Source: Reclinomonas americana ATCC 50394
Taxonomy: Eukaryota
NCBI GenBank assembly: GCA_048213135.1
Contig: PS015010.1
Location: forward strand, 806,001 to 870,000
Length of the DNA stretch: 64,000 bases
Direction of reading: 5' to 3'
The position numbers and the translations under genes were made by a program. Shown piece by piece: positions 20,250 to 31,341 of the stretch. The notes beneath the pieces are model-generated. The model did not search any database. It was not told the DNA's origin and was given only the letters and a program-made list of their open reading frames with translations. How positions within the stretch are numbered: position 1 is the stretch's first letter; every line of letters begins with the position of its first letter.

Positions 20250-20287
20250 TACGATTTATTTCGTAGCAAAATACGACTTTACTCGTA
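20250..20287. promoter_or_regulatory. Two tandem TACGA-N6-TCGTA palindromes, putative operators of the BlaI-family repressor
   Basis: 20250-20265 and 20272-20287, immediately upstream of the repressor start. Confidence 0.7.
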
Positions 20288-20472
20288 ATTGACAACACCG
20301 TCTGTCAAAATTTTATAAACAATTAACGGATAGCGGGAGTTTGACGACGTACCACAGACGACGTGAGCGGGCTGAATCTGGAAGTATATTTCCTTTATAA
20401 TACCTGATGATTCATTTTTATACTGATTGAAAAAATCATACGCTGGTGGTCAGTGGTCCGTGGTCTGTCGCC

Positions 20473-20503
20473 AAAAAAAGAAAACCCCGCCGAAAGGGCG
20501 GGG
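20473..20503 (-). terminator. Terminator of hppA
   Basis: ccccgcc-gaaag-ggcgggg with an A run on the left (U run on the minus strand). Confidence 0.75.
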
Positions 20504-20528
20504 CTGTCAAATTTTATGCTGAATACGA

Positions 20529-22751
20529 TTACCTGTGATAGGCAACGGTATTATCAGTAGTGCTGGTGGTTTTAGCCGCCTGCATCTCTTTTTTGATCTC
20601 TGGTTTCTTAACGCTTTCGCTGTTGCCCTTTATAGAAGCCAGCGTGGGAGCTATAACCAGGGATACAATACTCATCAGTTTGATGAGGATGTTCATAGAT
20701 GGACCGGAGGTATCTTTAAAAGGATCACCTACGGTATCACCGGTAACAGATGCTTTATGCGGTTCTGATTTCTTGTAGTAAGTTTCACCGTTGATCTCAA
20801 CACCTTTTTCAAATGATTTCTTGGCATTGTCCCATGCGCCGCCGGCATTGTTCTGGAACATACCCAGCAGTACGCCGCTAACGGTAGCTCCGGCCAGGAA
20901 ACCGCCCAGGGCTTCAGCACCCAGTCCGGGCATAAAACCAATGATCAGTGGTGAAATAATGGCGATAGCGCCAGGCAGCATCATTTTCTTAATAGACGCT
21001 TGAGTAGAGATGGCTACGCATTTGTCGTATTCAGGTTTACCGGTACCTTCCATGATGCCGGGGATGGTCCTGAACTGCCTCCTCACTTCTTCCACCATTG
21101 ACATGGCAGCTTCACCTACAGCGCGGATGGCGAGGGAAGAGAAGATGAAGGGGATCATAGCACCTACAAAAAGACAAGCCAGTACATTGGCTTTATAGAT
21201 ATTGATACCCTCGATACCGGCAACGCCCACAAAAGCGGCGAACAGCGCCAGTGCGGTAAGTGCGGCTGAAGCGATGGCAAAACCCTTACCGGAAGCGGCA
21301 GTAGTGTTACCCACAGCATCGAGTACGTCGGTTTTTTCACGAACTTCTTTAGGCAGTTCACTCATTTCGGCAATACCACCGGCATTGTCGGCAATAGGAC
21401 CGAATGCATCAATGGCCAGTTGCATGGCTGTAGTGGCCATCATACCGGCAGCGGCGATAGCCACACCGTACAGACCGGCACATTCGTAAGAGCCCCAGAT
21501 ACCACCTGCCAGTACCAAAGTAGGCAGGAAGGTAGATTCCATACCGATAGCCAGGCCGCCGATCACGTTGGTGGCATGACCTGTAGAAGACTGGCGGATG
21601 ATGCTCATTACCGGTCGTTTGCCCATGGCAGTATAATATTCAGTGATGATGCTCATTAAAGCGCCTACCAGCAGGCCTACGCCAATAGCGCCCAGTACAC
21701 CCCATTTGGTGAAAGGTACACCACGCAGCACCATGTTTTCAGGCAATAACCAGTATACGAGTCCGGCAGCGGCAATAGCCGTAAGAATCATTGATCCCCA
21801 GTTACCCATGTTCAGGGCTTTCTGTACAGTGCCGGTATTGAGACCTGCAGATTCGCTGATGCGAACAAACAGGGTTCCAACAATAGAGAAGAGGATACCT
21901 ACGCCGGCGATCAGCATCGGCAGAACGATAGGAGAGAAGCCTCCCAGTACGTCGGAGCCCTCAATTACGGTTTGCTGACCCAGAACGATGGTGGCCAGTA
22001 CGGTAGCTACATAGGAACCGAACAGGTCGGCACCCATACCGGCTACGTCGCCTACGTTATCACCCACGTTATCTGCAATGGTAGCAGGGTTGCGGGGATC
22101 ATCCTCGGGGATGCCGGCTTCTACTTTACCTACCAGGTCGGCGCCTACGTCGGCAGCCTTGGTATAGATACCGCCGCCAACACGGGCAAACAGGGCGATA
22201 GATTCAGCACCCAGTGAGAAACCGGTAAGTACTTCGATGGTCCTTACCATTTCTTCAGAGTTTACCTGCGCATCGGGAGCGAAAAAATGTTTCAGTACGA
22301 TATAGAGGCCACCCAGTCCGAGTACGGCCAGGCCGGCAACGCCAACGCCCATAACGCTACCACCTGTAAAAGATACATTGAGGGCTTTGCTGAGGCTGGT
22401 ACGTGCCGCTTGTGCAGTGCGCACATTGGCTTTGGTAGCGGCTTTCATGCCAATGTAACCTGCCAGGGCGCTCAGTACCGCGCCAATAACGAAGGCAACG
22501 GCGATAGACCAGTGCGACTGCGGGTTGGCAGAAGCCATTACTGCCAGCAGTATGCCGACGATAACGACGAAGTAACCCAGTATTTTCCATTCCGCTTTCA
22601 GGAAGGCCATGGCGCCTTCAGCGATGTAATTGCTGATCTCTTTCATCCGGTCGGTGCCGGCATCTTGTTTGGAGACCCATGAAAACTTCACGTAAGTATA
22701 CAACAGTCCGATGATACCCATTACCGGAACTGCGTAAATCAATTTGTCCAT
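20529..22751 (-). CDS. hppA: Membrane-bound cation-translocating pyrophosphatase (K+-dependent type, probably Na+-pumping)
   Basis: [46 protein letters not shown] (Ala signature of K+ dependence). Confidence 0.95.
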   Translation of the reverse strand: MDKLIYAVPVMGIIGLLYTYVKFSWVSKQDAGTDRMKEISNYIAEGAMAFLKAEWKILGYFVVIVGILLAVMASANPQSHWSIAVAFVIGAVLSALAGYIGMKAATKANVRTAQAARTSLSKALNVSFTGGSVMGVGVAGLAVLGLGGLYIVLKHFFAPDAQVNSEEMVRTIEVLTGFSLGAESIALFARVGGGIYTKAADVGADLVGKVEAGIPEDDPRNPATIADNVGDNVGDVAGMGADLFGSYVATVLATIVLGQQTVIEGSDVLGGFSPIVLPMLIAGVGILFSIVGTLFVRISESAGLNTGTVQKALNMGNWGSMILTAIAAAGLVYWLLPENMVLRGVPFTKWGVLGAIGVGLLVGALMSIITEYYTAMGKRPVMSIIRQSSTGHATNVIGGLAIGMESTFLPTLVLAGGIWGSYECAGLYGVAIAAAGMMATTAMQLAIDAFGPIADNAGGIAEMSELPKEVREKTDVLDAVGNTTAASGKGFAIASAALTALALFAAFVGVAGIEGINIYKANVLACLFVGAMIPFIFSSLAIRAVGEAAMSMVEEVRRQFRTIPGIMEGTGKPEYDKCVAISTQASIKKMMLPGAIAIISPLIIGFMPGLGAEALGGFLAGATVSGVLLGMFQNNAGGAWDNAKKSFEKGVEINGETYYKKSEPHKASVTGDTVGDPFKDTSGPSMNILIKLMSIVSLVIAPTLASIKGNSESVKKPEIKKEMQAAKTTSTTDNTVAYHR

Positions 22752-23000
22752 AGATGATAGTTAGTAGATGTTCTGATTTTTTGGACGGCAAAAATAGGGT
22801 AAAAGGCGCAAAAACAGGCATATTTCAACAGGAATTGAGAATGTCGGACTGTGAAAGAAGCATTCTGTTCGCCCGGGTTTGTACCGGACAGGCGCCACAA
22901 ACCGGGAAGGTTCCCGGTTCCGTTAACAGGCGGCTAACACTTTGTATCTGATTTTTAAGTAGTTTTATCCAATCATTAATCAACAAAAAAAGAAAAACTC

Positions 23001-23240
23001 ATGAAAAAACTACTGCTGGTATTTGCTTTCGTTACTGGTATTTCAGCTCTTGCTTCTGCACAAACCGGTAAAGCGGTAAGGCCTCAAAGTAAGGCTACAC
23101 CTGCTGCCCAGCCTGCTACTCCTGCCGGTTTCACCAACGCGGCCGGTAAAGTGCCTTCTACTACGCCAGCTCCTGCCGTTCAGCCTAAACAAAAAGCGGT
23201 GGCTAAGAAAAGCAAAGCTGTTGCGGCCAAAAAAGACTAA
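23001..23240 (+). CDS. Small exported Ala/Pro/Lys-rich hypothetical protein
   Basis: Signal peptide MKKLLLVFAFVTGISALASAQ; A-rich start context; terminator downstream. Confidence 0.75.
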   Translation: MKKLLLVFAFVTGISALASAQTGKAVRPQSKATPAAQPATPAGFTNAAGKVPSTTPAPAVQPKQKAVAKKSKAVAAKKD

Positions 23241-23261
23241 TAATAATATTCTGATTATAAT

Positions 23262-23289
23262 AAAAGCTGCCCTAAACGGCGGCTTTTTT
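23262..23289. terminator. Bidirectional terminator
   Basis: aaaagctgcc-ctaaac-ggcggctttt between convergent genes. Confidence 0.7.
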
Positions 23290-23880
23290 ATTGCCCGTAG
23301 CCCGGGCGAGGAGTTGTTCGTGCAGCTGCGTTACCTGGGGAAGGAGTAACTGTTGTTCATCATTATAAATGACCATATCGCATAACCGCATCTTGATCTC
23401 CTCATTGATCTGCTTGGACATGCGGTCGAGTACGGCTTCACGGGTTACGTGGTCGCGTTGCATTACCCTGTGTATGCGCAGTGCCTGCGGGGCATATACG
23501 CCTATCACCAGGTCCAGTCCCTGCTGCGAGCCGCTTTCAAATATGAGTGCCGCTTCCTTGATGGCGTAGGGGGTATGCTGTGCCTGCATCCAGCCGGCGG
23601 CATGCGCCAGGGTGGCGGGATGCACCAGGCTGTTGAGGAGTTCCAGTTGTTTGGGATCGCGGAAAACGATGCCGGCGATATACTGCCGGTCGAGTCGTCC
23701 GTTGATATAAGCCGCTTCTCCAAATGCCTCCTTTATTTTTTGTTGTAACGTGGCATCGGTATTCATCAGTTCCTTCGCCGCATCATCGGCATAATACACA
23801 GGAATGCCCAGCACGCTGAAGATATGTGCCACAGTGGATTTTCCGCTTCCGATACCGCCTGTGAGGCCAACTTTTAACAT
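23272..23880 (-). CDS. coaE: Dephospho-CoA kinase
   Basis: VGLTGGIGSGKST, LNSLVHP, EAALIFE. Confidence 0.96.
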   Translation of the reverse strand: MLKVGLTGGIGSGKSTVAHIFSVLGIPVYYADDAAKELMNTDATLQQKIKEAFGEAAYINGRLDRQYIAGIVFRDPKQLELLNSLVHPATLAHAAGWMQAQHTPYAIKEAALIFESGSQQGLDLVIGVYAPQALRIHRVMQRDHVTREAVLDRMSKQINEEIKMRLCDMVIYNDEQQLLLPQVTQLHEQLLARATGNKKAAV

Positions 23881-23945
23881 AGTAAAATAAAAAGTCCGGG
23901 ATCGAAGTTAAGCTTCCTCCCGGACCTGTTTATCATTCGAAAAAA

Positions 23946-24287
23946 TTACTTTTTCTCTTCTGCAGCCGGCTTATTGAGGTTAGCCGACCATTCCATGCTG
24001 ATGGCGCTGCGTTCGATCTTGATATAGCTGCCCGGGCTGGTTTCCAGTTCCAGGGTGCTGTCGTCGTTCACTTTGTTCACCTTGCCGTGGATACCGGCAA
24101 TGGTTACCACTTTATCGCCTTTTTGCAGGTTGTTGATGTACTCTTTTTGTTTTTTGGCTTTTTTGGCCTGCGGGCGGATCATGAACATCCAGAACACGAC
24201 GATCATAAGACCCATCATGATCAGTGTAGATGTGCTGCCTCCCTTACCCTGGGGGTCCATCATCAGTAAAGTGCTAAATAATTGCAT
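23946..24287 (-). CDS. yajC: Preprotein translocase subunit YajC
   Basis: FWMFMIRPQ...LQKGDKVVTIAGIHGKV. Confidence 0.93.
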   Translation of the reverse strand: MQLFSTLLMMDPQGKGGSTSTLIMMGLMIVVFWMFMIRPQAKKAKKQKEYINNLQKGDKVVTIAGIHGKVNKVNDDSTLELETSPGSYIKIERSAISMEWSANLNKPAAEEKK

Positions 24288-24398
24288 GTTGTTGTTTTAT
24301 TTCCATGGTCCATAGCCCATGCTGTTCAAAATTGATATCCGGTTTGTCACCCGGCTATGGCCGGAGACGTATGGGTTACAAAAATATTTTCAGCCTGC

Positions 24399-24842
24399 TC
24401 AGTTAGCGGCTTTTACTTCGCCTGTCAGCAGGAGGGAAGGGAAATCGGGCCGGGCATTGGATACTACGGATACATGTTTTTCCGCGTGGCCTGTTCTTCC
24501 CTTGCTGTTGAATACCACTTTGATATAACCGGTTTCGCCCGGCATTACCGGTCTTTCGGGTTTTTGCGGAACGGTACAACCACAGCTGGCGCTGGCATTC
24601 ACCACTACCAGGGGCTTGGTCCCGGTATTTTTAAAGCGGTAATTGTATTCTACTTTTTCTCCGTCTGTCACTTCCCCGAAATTATAACTGCTGTCGATGA
24701 TCTGCACCGAAGTCGAATCTTTCAGCGCCTGTTCATTCAGTTTTGCCATATCATCGGCCATTTTATCCTTTCTCTTCACATCACAGGAAAAAAGGGCAGC
24801 GGGAATGATCAGCAGGGTAATATATCTTTTCAGCATAACCAT
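24399..24842 (-). CDS. DUF1573 domain lipoprotein
   Basis: Lipobox LFSC; FKNTG..PL..ASASCGCTVP; nusB-DUF1573-yajC context. Confidence 0.88.
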   Translation of the reverse strand: MVMLKRYITLLIIPAALFSCDVKRKDKMADDMAKLNEQALKDSTSVQIIDSSYNFGEVTDGEKVEYNYRFKNTGTKPLVVVNASASCGCTVPQKPERPVMPGETGYIKVVFNSKGRTGHAEKHVSVVSNARPDFPSLLLTGEVKAAN

Positions 24843-24858
24843 TTATTGCAAAGTTATT

Positions 24859-25791
24859 TTATAATGTACTGTTCCTGAAATTGGTCTTGTGAATTTTGCC
24901 TTCGGCCGACAGTTCTTTATGGATATTGTCCAGCAACCCGTTTACAAACTGGCCGCTTTGTGCGGTACTGTATTCCTTGGCCAGGTCAATATATTCATTG
25001 ATGGTAACCTTGGTGGGGATGGTCTCAAAATAAAGGAATTCGCAGATGCCCATTTGCAGCAGGATCATATCCAGCGCAGCTATACGGTCGGCATCCCAGT
25101 TCTTCAGTTTGGGTTTGATGAGATCCATGCATACGTCTTTCTTATCAAGAACGGTTTGCAGCAGGTCTTTGGCAAAGTCCCATTTGTCTTTACTTACGAT
25201 CTCACCAAAATTGTGGTGGCCGGGCTTTTGCAGGCAGGCCATCACGAGCTGGCTCATCATTTCCGCGTCATCGTCCCAGTGAATGAAGTGCTCTTCCAGG
25301 TGGCCGATTACATCTTCATTAGGCAGCATGAGGTTGGTAAAAATGAATTCAAGTATTTCTTTCTCCTGTTTTTTATTACGGGAGAGTTCACCGGTATATT
25401 CCTGGTATTCGGGACTGGCTACCAGTTGCTGGTATATTTTCTTGAGGAGTTCGGTGTCGATCGTATGTTCTGCTTTAAAATCATTGACAGCCGTGCGGAA
25501 ACCCGGGGCTTCCATAATTTTCCACAATACTTCGTTACCGGCGATTTTTGTATTTACACTCAGGTCCTCCGCGGAGGGCAGGTGTTTGGATGCACGCTGG
25601 CGGGCGTCTGTTTCGGCATAGCGGGCCACTTCCGTTACAAAATATACGAGATAGGTGAACAGGTGACGGCTTTGTTCCACTTTTTTAGTGAGAATGCTAA
25701 GTGGTTCGCCGGGTTTAACCGCTCCGCTCATACTGTCCAGTGCATAGAGGGTCTGCATCACTTTAACCCGGATATTTCTTCTGCTGATCAT
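24859..25791 (-). CDS. nusB: Transcription antitermination factor NusB (long Bacteroidota type)
   Basis: MISRRNIRVKVMQTLY; IPTKVTINEYIDLAKEYST..FVNGLLD. Confidence 0.93.
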   Translation of the reverse strand: MISRRNIRVKVMQTLYALDSMSGAVKPGEPLSILTKKVEQSRHLFTYLVYFVTEVARYAETDARQRASKHLPSAEDLSVNTKIAGNEVLWKIMEAPGFRTAVNDFKAEHTIDTELLKKIYQQLVASPEYQEYTGELSRNKKQEKEILEFIFTNLMLPNEDVIGHLEEHFIHWDDDAEMMSQLVMACLQKPGHHNFGEIVSKDKWDFAKDLLQTVLDKKDVCMDLIKPKLKNWDADRIAALDMILLQMGICEFLYFETIPTKVTINEYIDLAKEYSTAQSGQFVNGLLDNIHKELSAEGKIHKTNFRNSTL

Positions 25792-25832
25792 TACGAAAGT
25801 AACTTTGTTATGAAGCGGCAAAGGTAACTATA

Positions 25833-25937
25833 CAATTATGAATTACGAATTACTAATTACGAATGTCACAGATTATATCCGGTATCCTGTACCTCATACC
25901 CGGCATCCGGCACCTGGTATCCCATATCCCGTATCTC
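25833..25937. repeat. Paired 7-nt arrays: AATTACG-type (25833-25864) and TATCCGG-type (25876-25937)
   Basis: aattatg aattacg aattact aattacg; tatccgg tatcctg tacctca tacccgg catccgg cacctgg tatccca tatcccg. Confidence 0.8.
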
Positions 25938-26077
25938 CCGCTTAACTGACAAAAAATCTTGTCTTTTAGTCAGTCGGGGGCCGTTTTGGGGCAGAGTGGC
26001 TGCTTTTACCGGTTTGGTACAAAAATGGATTACCTTTGTCGACCAAAAAATACATTCATTTAAAAACGCATACTATT

Positions 26078-26377
26078 ATGGCTAAAGCTAAGAATGCTGC
26101 AGAAAAATTGAGCATTACACCTTTGCATGACAGAGTAATTGTAGAAGCCGCTCCGGCTGAAGAAAAGTCTGCGGGCGGAATTATTATCCCCGATACAGCG
26201 AAAGAAAAACCCCAGCGTGGCACCGTTATAGCAGCCGGTCCGGGTAAAAAAGACGAACCTACCATGGTAAAAGCCGGTGATACGGTATTGTACGGTAAAT
26301 ATGCCGGTACTGAGATCAGCTTCGGCGGAAAAGAGTACCTCATTATGAGGGAAAGCGATATCCTGGCGATCATCTAA
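26078..26377 (+). CDS. groES: Co-chaperonin GroES
   Basis: [31 protein letters not shown]. Confidence 0.98.
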   Translation: MAKAKNAAEKLSITPLHDRVIVEAAPAEEKSAGGIIIPDTAKEKPQRGTVIAAGPGKKDEPTMVKAGDTVLYGKYAGTEISFGGKEYLIMRESDILAII

Positions 26378-26451
26378 TATAATACAAGCACCGGAACAGT
26401 TCATATGACTGTTTTGTTCTCATTTACAACAACCAAATAAAATTGAGTAGT

Positions 26452-28089
26452 ATGTCTAAAATGATATTCTTCGACATAGAAGCAAGAAATAAAATGAAGA
26501 AAGGTGTAGATACCCTTTCCGACGCGGTAAAAGTAACCCTGGGCCCTAAAGGCCGCAACGTGGTGATCGAACGCAAATTTGGCGCACCTTCCGTTACTAA
26601 GGATGGCGTTACCGTTGCCAAAGAAATTGAACTGGAAGACCCTATTGAAAATATGGGTGCACAAATGGTGAAAGAAGTGGCTTCCAAAACAGCGGATATC
26701 GCGGGTGATGGAACCACCACAGCAACCGTACTGGCGCAAAGCATCATTGGCGAAGGCCTTAAAATGGTAGCAGCAGGCGCTAACCCCATGGATCTGAAAC
26801 GTGGTATTGACAAAGCCGTTTCACTGGTAGTGGAAAACCTCATTTCCCAGTCACAGACCGTGGGCAACGACAGCAAAAAAATTCAGCAGGTGGCTACCAT
26901 CTCTGCGAATAATGATGAGACCATCGGTAAACTGATCGCCGAAGCTTTTGGTAAAGTGGGTAAAGAAGGTGTTATCACCGTAGAAGAAGCTAAAGGAACA
27001 GATACTACTGTTGAGATCGTGGAAGGTATGCAATTCGACAGGGGATACATCTCTGCTTATTTCGTTACCAATACGGAAAAGATGGAAGCGGAAATGCAGA
27101 GCCCTTACATCCTCATCTTCGACAAGAAAATATCTACCATGAAAGATATTCTTCCTGTCCTGGAAAAAGTAGCACAAAGCGGCCGTCCGCTGGTAATCAT
27201 CGCTGAAGACCTGGAAGGTGAAGCACTGTCAACACTGGTGGTAAACAAACTGAGGGGCACTATTAAAGTGGCCGCGGTTAAAGCACCTGGCTTTGGTGAC
27301 AGGAGGAAAGAAATGCTGGAAGATATCGCCAAACTGACCGGCGGTAAAGTGATCACAGAAGACCTGGGTCTGAAACTGGAAAGCGTTCAGCTGGCTGACC
27401 TCGGACAAGCTTCTTCCGTAACTATTGACAAAGACAATACCACTATCGTTGGCGGTAAAGGCAGCAAAGCTGATATCAAAGGCCGTGTAGATGCCATCAA
27501 ACAACAGATTGCCAATACCACATCTGATTACGATAAAGAAAAATTACAGGAACGCCTGGCCAAACTGGCTGGTGGTGTAGCTGTACTGTACGTAGGTGCC
27601 GCCACAGAAGTGGAAATGAAAGAAAAGAAAGACAGGGTGGATGACGCTCTTCACGCTACCCGTGCGGCAGTGGAAGAAGGTATTGTACCAGGTGGTGGTG
27701 TTGCTTATATCCGTGCCATCCAGAGCCTGGAACCTAAAGTAAAAGGACAGATTGCTGATGAGCAAACCGGTATGGCGATCGTTCGCCGTGCACTGGAAGC
27801 GCCTATCCGCACACTGACTGAAAATGCAGGTATCGATGGTTCTATCGTGGTACAAAAGATCAAAGAATCGAAAGGTGACTTTGGTTTCAATGCCAGGACA
27901 GAAACTTACGAAAACCTGTTTAAAGCTGGTGTTATCGATCCTACCAAAGTAAGTCGTGTAGCGCTGGAAAATGCAGCTTCAATCGCTGGTATGTTGCTGA
28001 CCACCGAATGTGTGATCGCCGACAAGCCTAAGAAAGAAGAACCGCACAGCCATGGCGCACCTGATATGGGCGGCATGGGCGGATACTAA
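26452..28089 (+). CDS. groEL: Chaperonin GroEL
   Basis: [24 protein letters not shown] tail. Confidence 0.99.
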   Translation: MSKMIFFDIEARNKMKKGVDTLSDAVKVTLGPKGRNVVIERKFGAPSVTKDGVTVAKEIELEDPIENMGAQMVKEVASKTADIAGDGTTTATVLAQSIIGEGLKMVAAGANPMDLKRGIDKAVSLVVENLISQSQTVGNDSKKIQQVATISANNDETIGKLIAEAFGKVGKEGVITVEEAKGTDTTVEIVEGMQFDRGYISAYFVTNTEKMEAEMQSPYILIFDKKISTMKDILPVLEKVAQSGRPLVIIAEDLEGEALSTLVVNKLRGTIKVAAVKAPGFGDRRKEMLEDIAKLTGGKVITEDLGLKLESVQLADLGQASSVTIDKDNTTIVGGKGSKADIKGRVDAIKQQIANTTSDYDKEKLQERLAKLAGGVAVLYVGAATEVEMKEKKDRVDDALHATRAAVEEGIVPGGGVAYIRAIQSLEPKVKGQIADEQTGMAIVRRALEAPIRTLTENAGIDGSIVVQKIKESKGDFGFNARTETYENLFKAGVIDPTKVSRVALENAASIAGMLLTTECVIADKPKKEEPHSHGAPDMGGMGGY

Positions 28090-28126
28090 TTTCCGTTATC
28101 ATTACTGCCCGGCAGTATATCCTATT

Positions 28127-28158
28127 TCCCTCCTGTATATGCAGGAGGGATTTTTTTT
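28127..28158 (+). terminator. groESL terminator
   Basis: tccctcctg...caggaggga followed by T8. Confidence 0.8.
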
Positions 28159-28226
28159 ATACGTGCTTGCATTCCCCGTTTTTTTTGATTTTATTTGAGG
28201 ATTCATAACCTAAACCAACTCAACTT

Positions 28227-28598
28227 ATGGCATTAGTACTCATTATTTACCTTGCAATCATGGTATTTCTGATTGCTGCAGGATGGAAAGTCTTTGAAAA
28301 AGCCGGGCGTCCCGGATGGGAGTTCATCGTTCCCATTTACAACTTTTACATCATGGCCAAGATCAGCGGCCAGAAGAACTGGTGGCTGATATTCATCCCG
28401 CTTGCCAATATCTACATTGCGTTCGTTGTTTACATTGCTTTAGCCAAATCTTTCGGAAAGGATACAGGCTTTGGCATCGGACTGGCCCTGCTCGGCATTA
28501 TATTCTGGCCCATACTCGGGTTCGGGGATGCCAGGTATATCGGTCCCAATGGTGTGAATGAACTGAAAGCGGACATTGCCGCGATAGGAAATAATTAG
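28227..28598 (+). CDS. DUF5684-like membrane protein
   Basis: WKVFEKAGRPGW..IVPIYN, LAKSFGK..GFG..LGFG. Confidence 0.8.
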   Translation: MALVLIIYLAIMVFLIAAGWKVFEKAGRPGWEFIVPIYNFYIMAKISGQKNWWLIFIPLANIYIAFVVYIALAKSFGKDTGFGIGLALLGIIFWPILGFGDARYIGPNGVNELKADIAAIGNN

Positions 28599-28667
28599 TC
28601 GAAAGCTATTTTCAGCAAGGAGGTCTTCTTAACGGAAGACCTTTTGTTTTTAACTACAGTTGATCAC

Positions 28668-29108
28668 TCAGGAGTCAATTTCCTCATCATCTACAATGGT
28701 TCCGTAATCAAGGAACAGTTCTTCTCCTGCAGCAATGTCCCTCGTCGTTTCAAAATAGTTTCCTTCATCTATCGAGATGAGGTTAGGCGTATCTGAATGG
28801 TTGATGAAATAGCAGAGATCCATTTTTTTGAAACCCTGTGCCGGAACAAAATAATGCAGCTCGTCGTACAGGCAATAGTTCGTCACCAGGAATTGAGCGG
28901 GAGTGGGGAGTTGTTCCCATTCCTGCCGGGTAATGGTTATCCATTGTTCCGCCGGATCGGGTGCGCTGAATAAAGTACGGCATCCTTTAGGAATATCCCT
29001 GATGGCAAAAACGCCAACACCCTCCACTGGAGAGGGTTTCAGCATGACATAACTGTTCTGCGACAGTTCTTCGAGCAAGCGTTGTTTGGCCGTATTATCT
29101 TTATTCAT
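28668..29108 (-). CDS. SET domain protein (putative lysine methyltransferase)
   Basis: SPVEGVGVFA, FINHSDTPN, DIAAGEELFLDYG. Confidence 0.88.
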   Translation of the reverse strand: MNKDNTAKQRLLEELSQNSYVMLKPSPVEGVGVFAIRDIPKGCRTLFSAPDPAEQWITITRQEWEQLPTPAQFLVTNYCLYDELHYFVPAQGFKKMDLCYFINHSDTPNLISIDEGNYFETTRDIAAGEELFLDYGTIVDDEEIDS

Positions 29109-29153
29109 TCGCGGGAGGTTTGTTTGTAAAAATAATACTACATTCAATGTTAC

Positions 29154-30614
29154 ATGCAAAACCCGCAACAATTCCAGCGCACACTCGGCCTGCCGGCTGC
29201 CATTTCTATAGTCGCGGGCAGCATGATTGGCTCCGGTATTTTTATGCGCCCGGCTGAGATGGCGGGACTGTTGGGTTCTCCCTTGCTCATACTGGCGGTA
29301 TGGGTTATTGCAGGCGTATTCACTTTATTTGCAGCAATGGTGAGTGCCGAAATAGGTGCTATGCTGCCGCAAACGGGTGGTCAGTATATTTTCATGCGGC
29401 ACATGTACGGCCGTTTCTGGAGTTATCTTTTTGGCTGGGCCAATTTCTCTGTCATCAACACGGCAGGTACCGCCGGTATCGCTTTCATCTTTGGCCAGTA
29501 CCTGGAATATTTTTTTAAACTGCCCAGGTTCAGTCCGGCCATGGAACAATCAGTTGTATGGCATGTGCCGATGGTGGGTGATATTTTACCGCTGGAAAAT
29601 ATTGGTGTAAAAGGCATTACCCTGCTGGTGCTGGCTGTTTTTACAACAGTCAATTACATCAGCACCCGTGCCGGCAGCCGCCTGCAGGTTTTCTTTACTG
29701 TAGCCAAAGTACTGGCGATCGTTCTGCTTACCGGCGGACTTTTCCTGTCGGGCAGCGGTTCATTCTCTCATTTTCAACTGGTGCCGGATGGTATGCAGCC
29801 ATCGGGTATTGCGCTGGTAGCGGCTATGGTAGCTGCCTGTAACGGAGCCCTGCAATCTTATGATGGCTGGGGCAATATGGTGATGGTGGCGGGAGAGATC
29901 AAACAACCGGGCAGGAATATACCCAGGAGCCTGGTTACAGGCATTGGCCTTGTCATATTCATTTACCTGGCCATCAGTGCTGCAATGATCTATATGCTGC
30001 CGGTGGACCGTATTGCCGGATCACAACTGGTGGCATCAGATGCCGCGGCTATTGCTTTTGGCAAATGGGGCGCAGGCATCATCGCCATACTTATTTGCCT
30101 GTCGGTACTGGGCGCTACGCAGGGCAGTGTGCTTACACCGCCCCGCATGACCTTCGCCATGGCGGGGGAAGGCAATTTTTTCAAATGGGCCGGCAAAGTA
30201 CATCCCAAACACCGTACACCGGGTAATGCGTTGCTGCTGCATTTCCTGGTAATGACGGTGATGGTATTCAGTGGTTCGTTCTATATACTAACCGATATGT
30301 ACATTTTCGTAGCCTGGCTTTTTAACCTGATGATGATATCGGGCGTGTTCATCCTGCGAAAAAAAATGCCTTACGCGGAAAGGCCTTACCGCGTTTGGGG
30401 TTACCCATGGGTACCTTTAGTGCTGCTGACTTTTACCGCATTCTACCTCGGCTTCACTTTATATAATGACATCAGTGCTTATACGGCCGGCAAGACCAGG
30501 ATCATGAACTCAGTATTGGGATTGGTGCTGACAGCTGCAGGCATACCGTTCTACCTGTATTTCAGGTGGAAATACAAGAATACCCCGGATGAAGAAATAC
30601 AAAAGAGTGAATAA
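29154..30614 (+). CDS. APC family amino acid permease
   Basis: GSMIGSGIF, AEIGAMLPQTGGQY, about 12 hydrophobic segments. Confidence 0.92.
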   Translation: MQNPQQFQRTLGLPAAISIVAGSMIGSGIFMRPAEMAGLLGSPLLILAVWVIAGVFTLFAAMVSAEIGAMLPQTGGQYIFMRHMYGRFWSYLFGWANFSVINTAGTAGIAFIFGQYLEYFFKLPRFSPAMEQSVVWHVPMVGDILPLENIGVKGITLLVLAVFTTVNYISTRAGSRLQVFFTVAKVLAIVLLTGGLFLSGSGSFSHFQLVPDGMQPSGIALVAAMVAACNGALQSYDGWGNMVMVAGEIKQPGRNIPRSLVTGIGLVIFIYLAISAAMIYMLPVDRIAGSQLVASDAAAIAFGKWGAGIIAILICLSVLGATQGSVLTPPRMTFAMAGEGNFFKWAGKVHPKHRTPGNALLLHFLVMTVMVFSGSFYILTDMYIFVAWLFNLMMISGVFILRKKMPYAERPYRVWGYPWVPLVLLTFTAFYLGFTLYNDISAYTAGKTRIMNSVLGLVLTAAGIPFYLYFRWKYKNTPDEEIQKSE

Positions 30615-30639
30615 AAGGAATAAAATAAATGTTACCGGT

Positions 30640-31317
30640 TTATATGCCAGGCTTTAGCAAGATCGTTCCCCGCACAATACAGAACTGCGCCGCACAATAA
30701 GTCAGCATAATCGCTACACCTGCACCGGTAAAGGCCGCGTAAAATTTGTTGATGGCAAGTAAAGAATCGGAGAGTACAAAGAAGAGGGCGCCACCCAGGT
30801 ACAGCATTCCGGATGTACGGTTCACTTTATTAAATACCTGTATGCTGAACAACAACATGGTGCAGATAACAGTGGCATAAACGATAACAGGCAGGCGAAG
30901 ATCGCCCAGTTTGGGATAAAGAAATGCGCCCAGTGAAATTCCGTAAGCCGTTACCAGCAGGGCCAGCCAGGGCAGGCGGCGAAGCAGGGAAGGAGCGGTA
31001 TTGGCAGCGGCCAGTTTCCCGAAATAAATGATGTAGCAGATATGCGTGATGAGAAAACAGATCAGTCCTGCAATAAAGAGTAAGGCATGTTTGTCTTCCA
31101 ATAATAAAGCGATATCGCCCAGCCAGGAAAAGAACAACCCGCACAGCATCAGTCCTTTTGCCGGTACCGTACCGGAATAATACAGCCAACCGATCAAAAC
31201 AGGCATCAGCAAGGGTTTGGCAATCGTGTGTAATATGGGAATGTTCAGCGCAATGCCCAGTATATCGGTACAACACACCAATATGAACAGGATAATAATG
31301 TACCGGTGGCTGCGCAT
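30640..31317 (-). CDS. YhhN family lysoplasmalogenase
   Basis: KPLLMP, FSWLGD, FLITHICY, LFFVLSDSLLAINKF, TYCAAQ. Confidence 0.9.
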   Translation of the reverse strand: MRSHRYIIILFILVCCTDILGIALNIPILHTIAKPLLMPVLIGWLYYSGTVPAKGLMLCGLFFSWLGDIALLLEDKHALLFIAGLICFLITHICYIIYFGKLAAANTAPSLLRRLPWLALLVTAYGISLGAFLYPKLGDLRLPVIVYATVICTMLLFSIQVFNKVNRTSGMLYLGGALFFVLSDSLLAINKFYAAFTGAGVAIMLTYCAAQFCIVRGTILLKPGI

Positions 31318-31341
31318 AAAAGGAAATTTATGAGGACCTGT

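Noticed and set aside
25940-26040. CIRCE or sigma-54 site upstream of groES
   Set aside because: No TTAGCACTC-N9-GAGTGCTAA; TGGTAC-N5-TGGA lacks the -12 GC; an ordinary TAccTTTG box is present.
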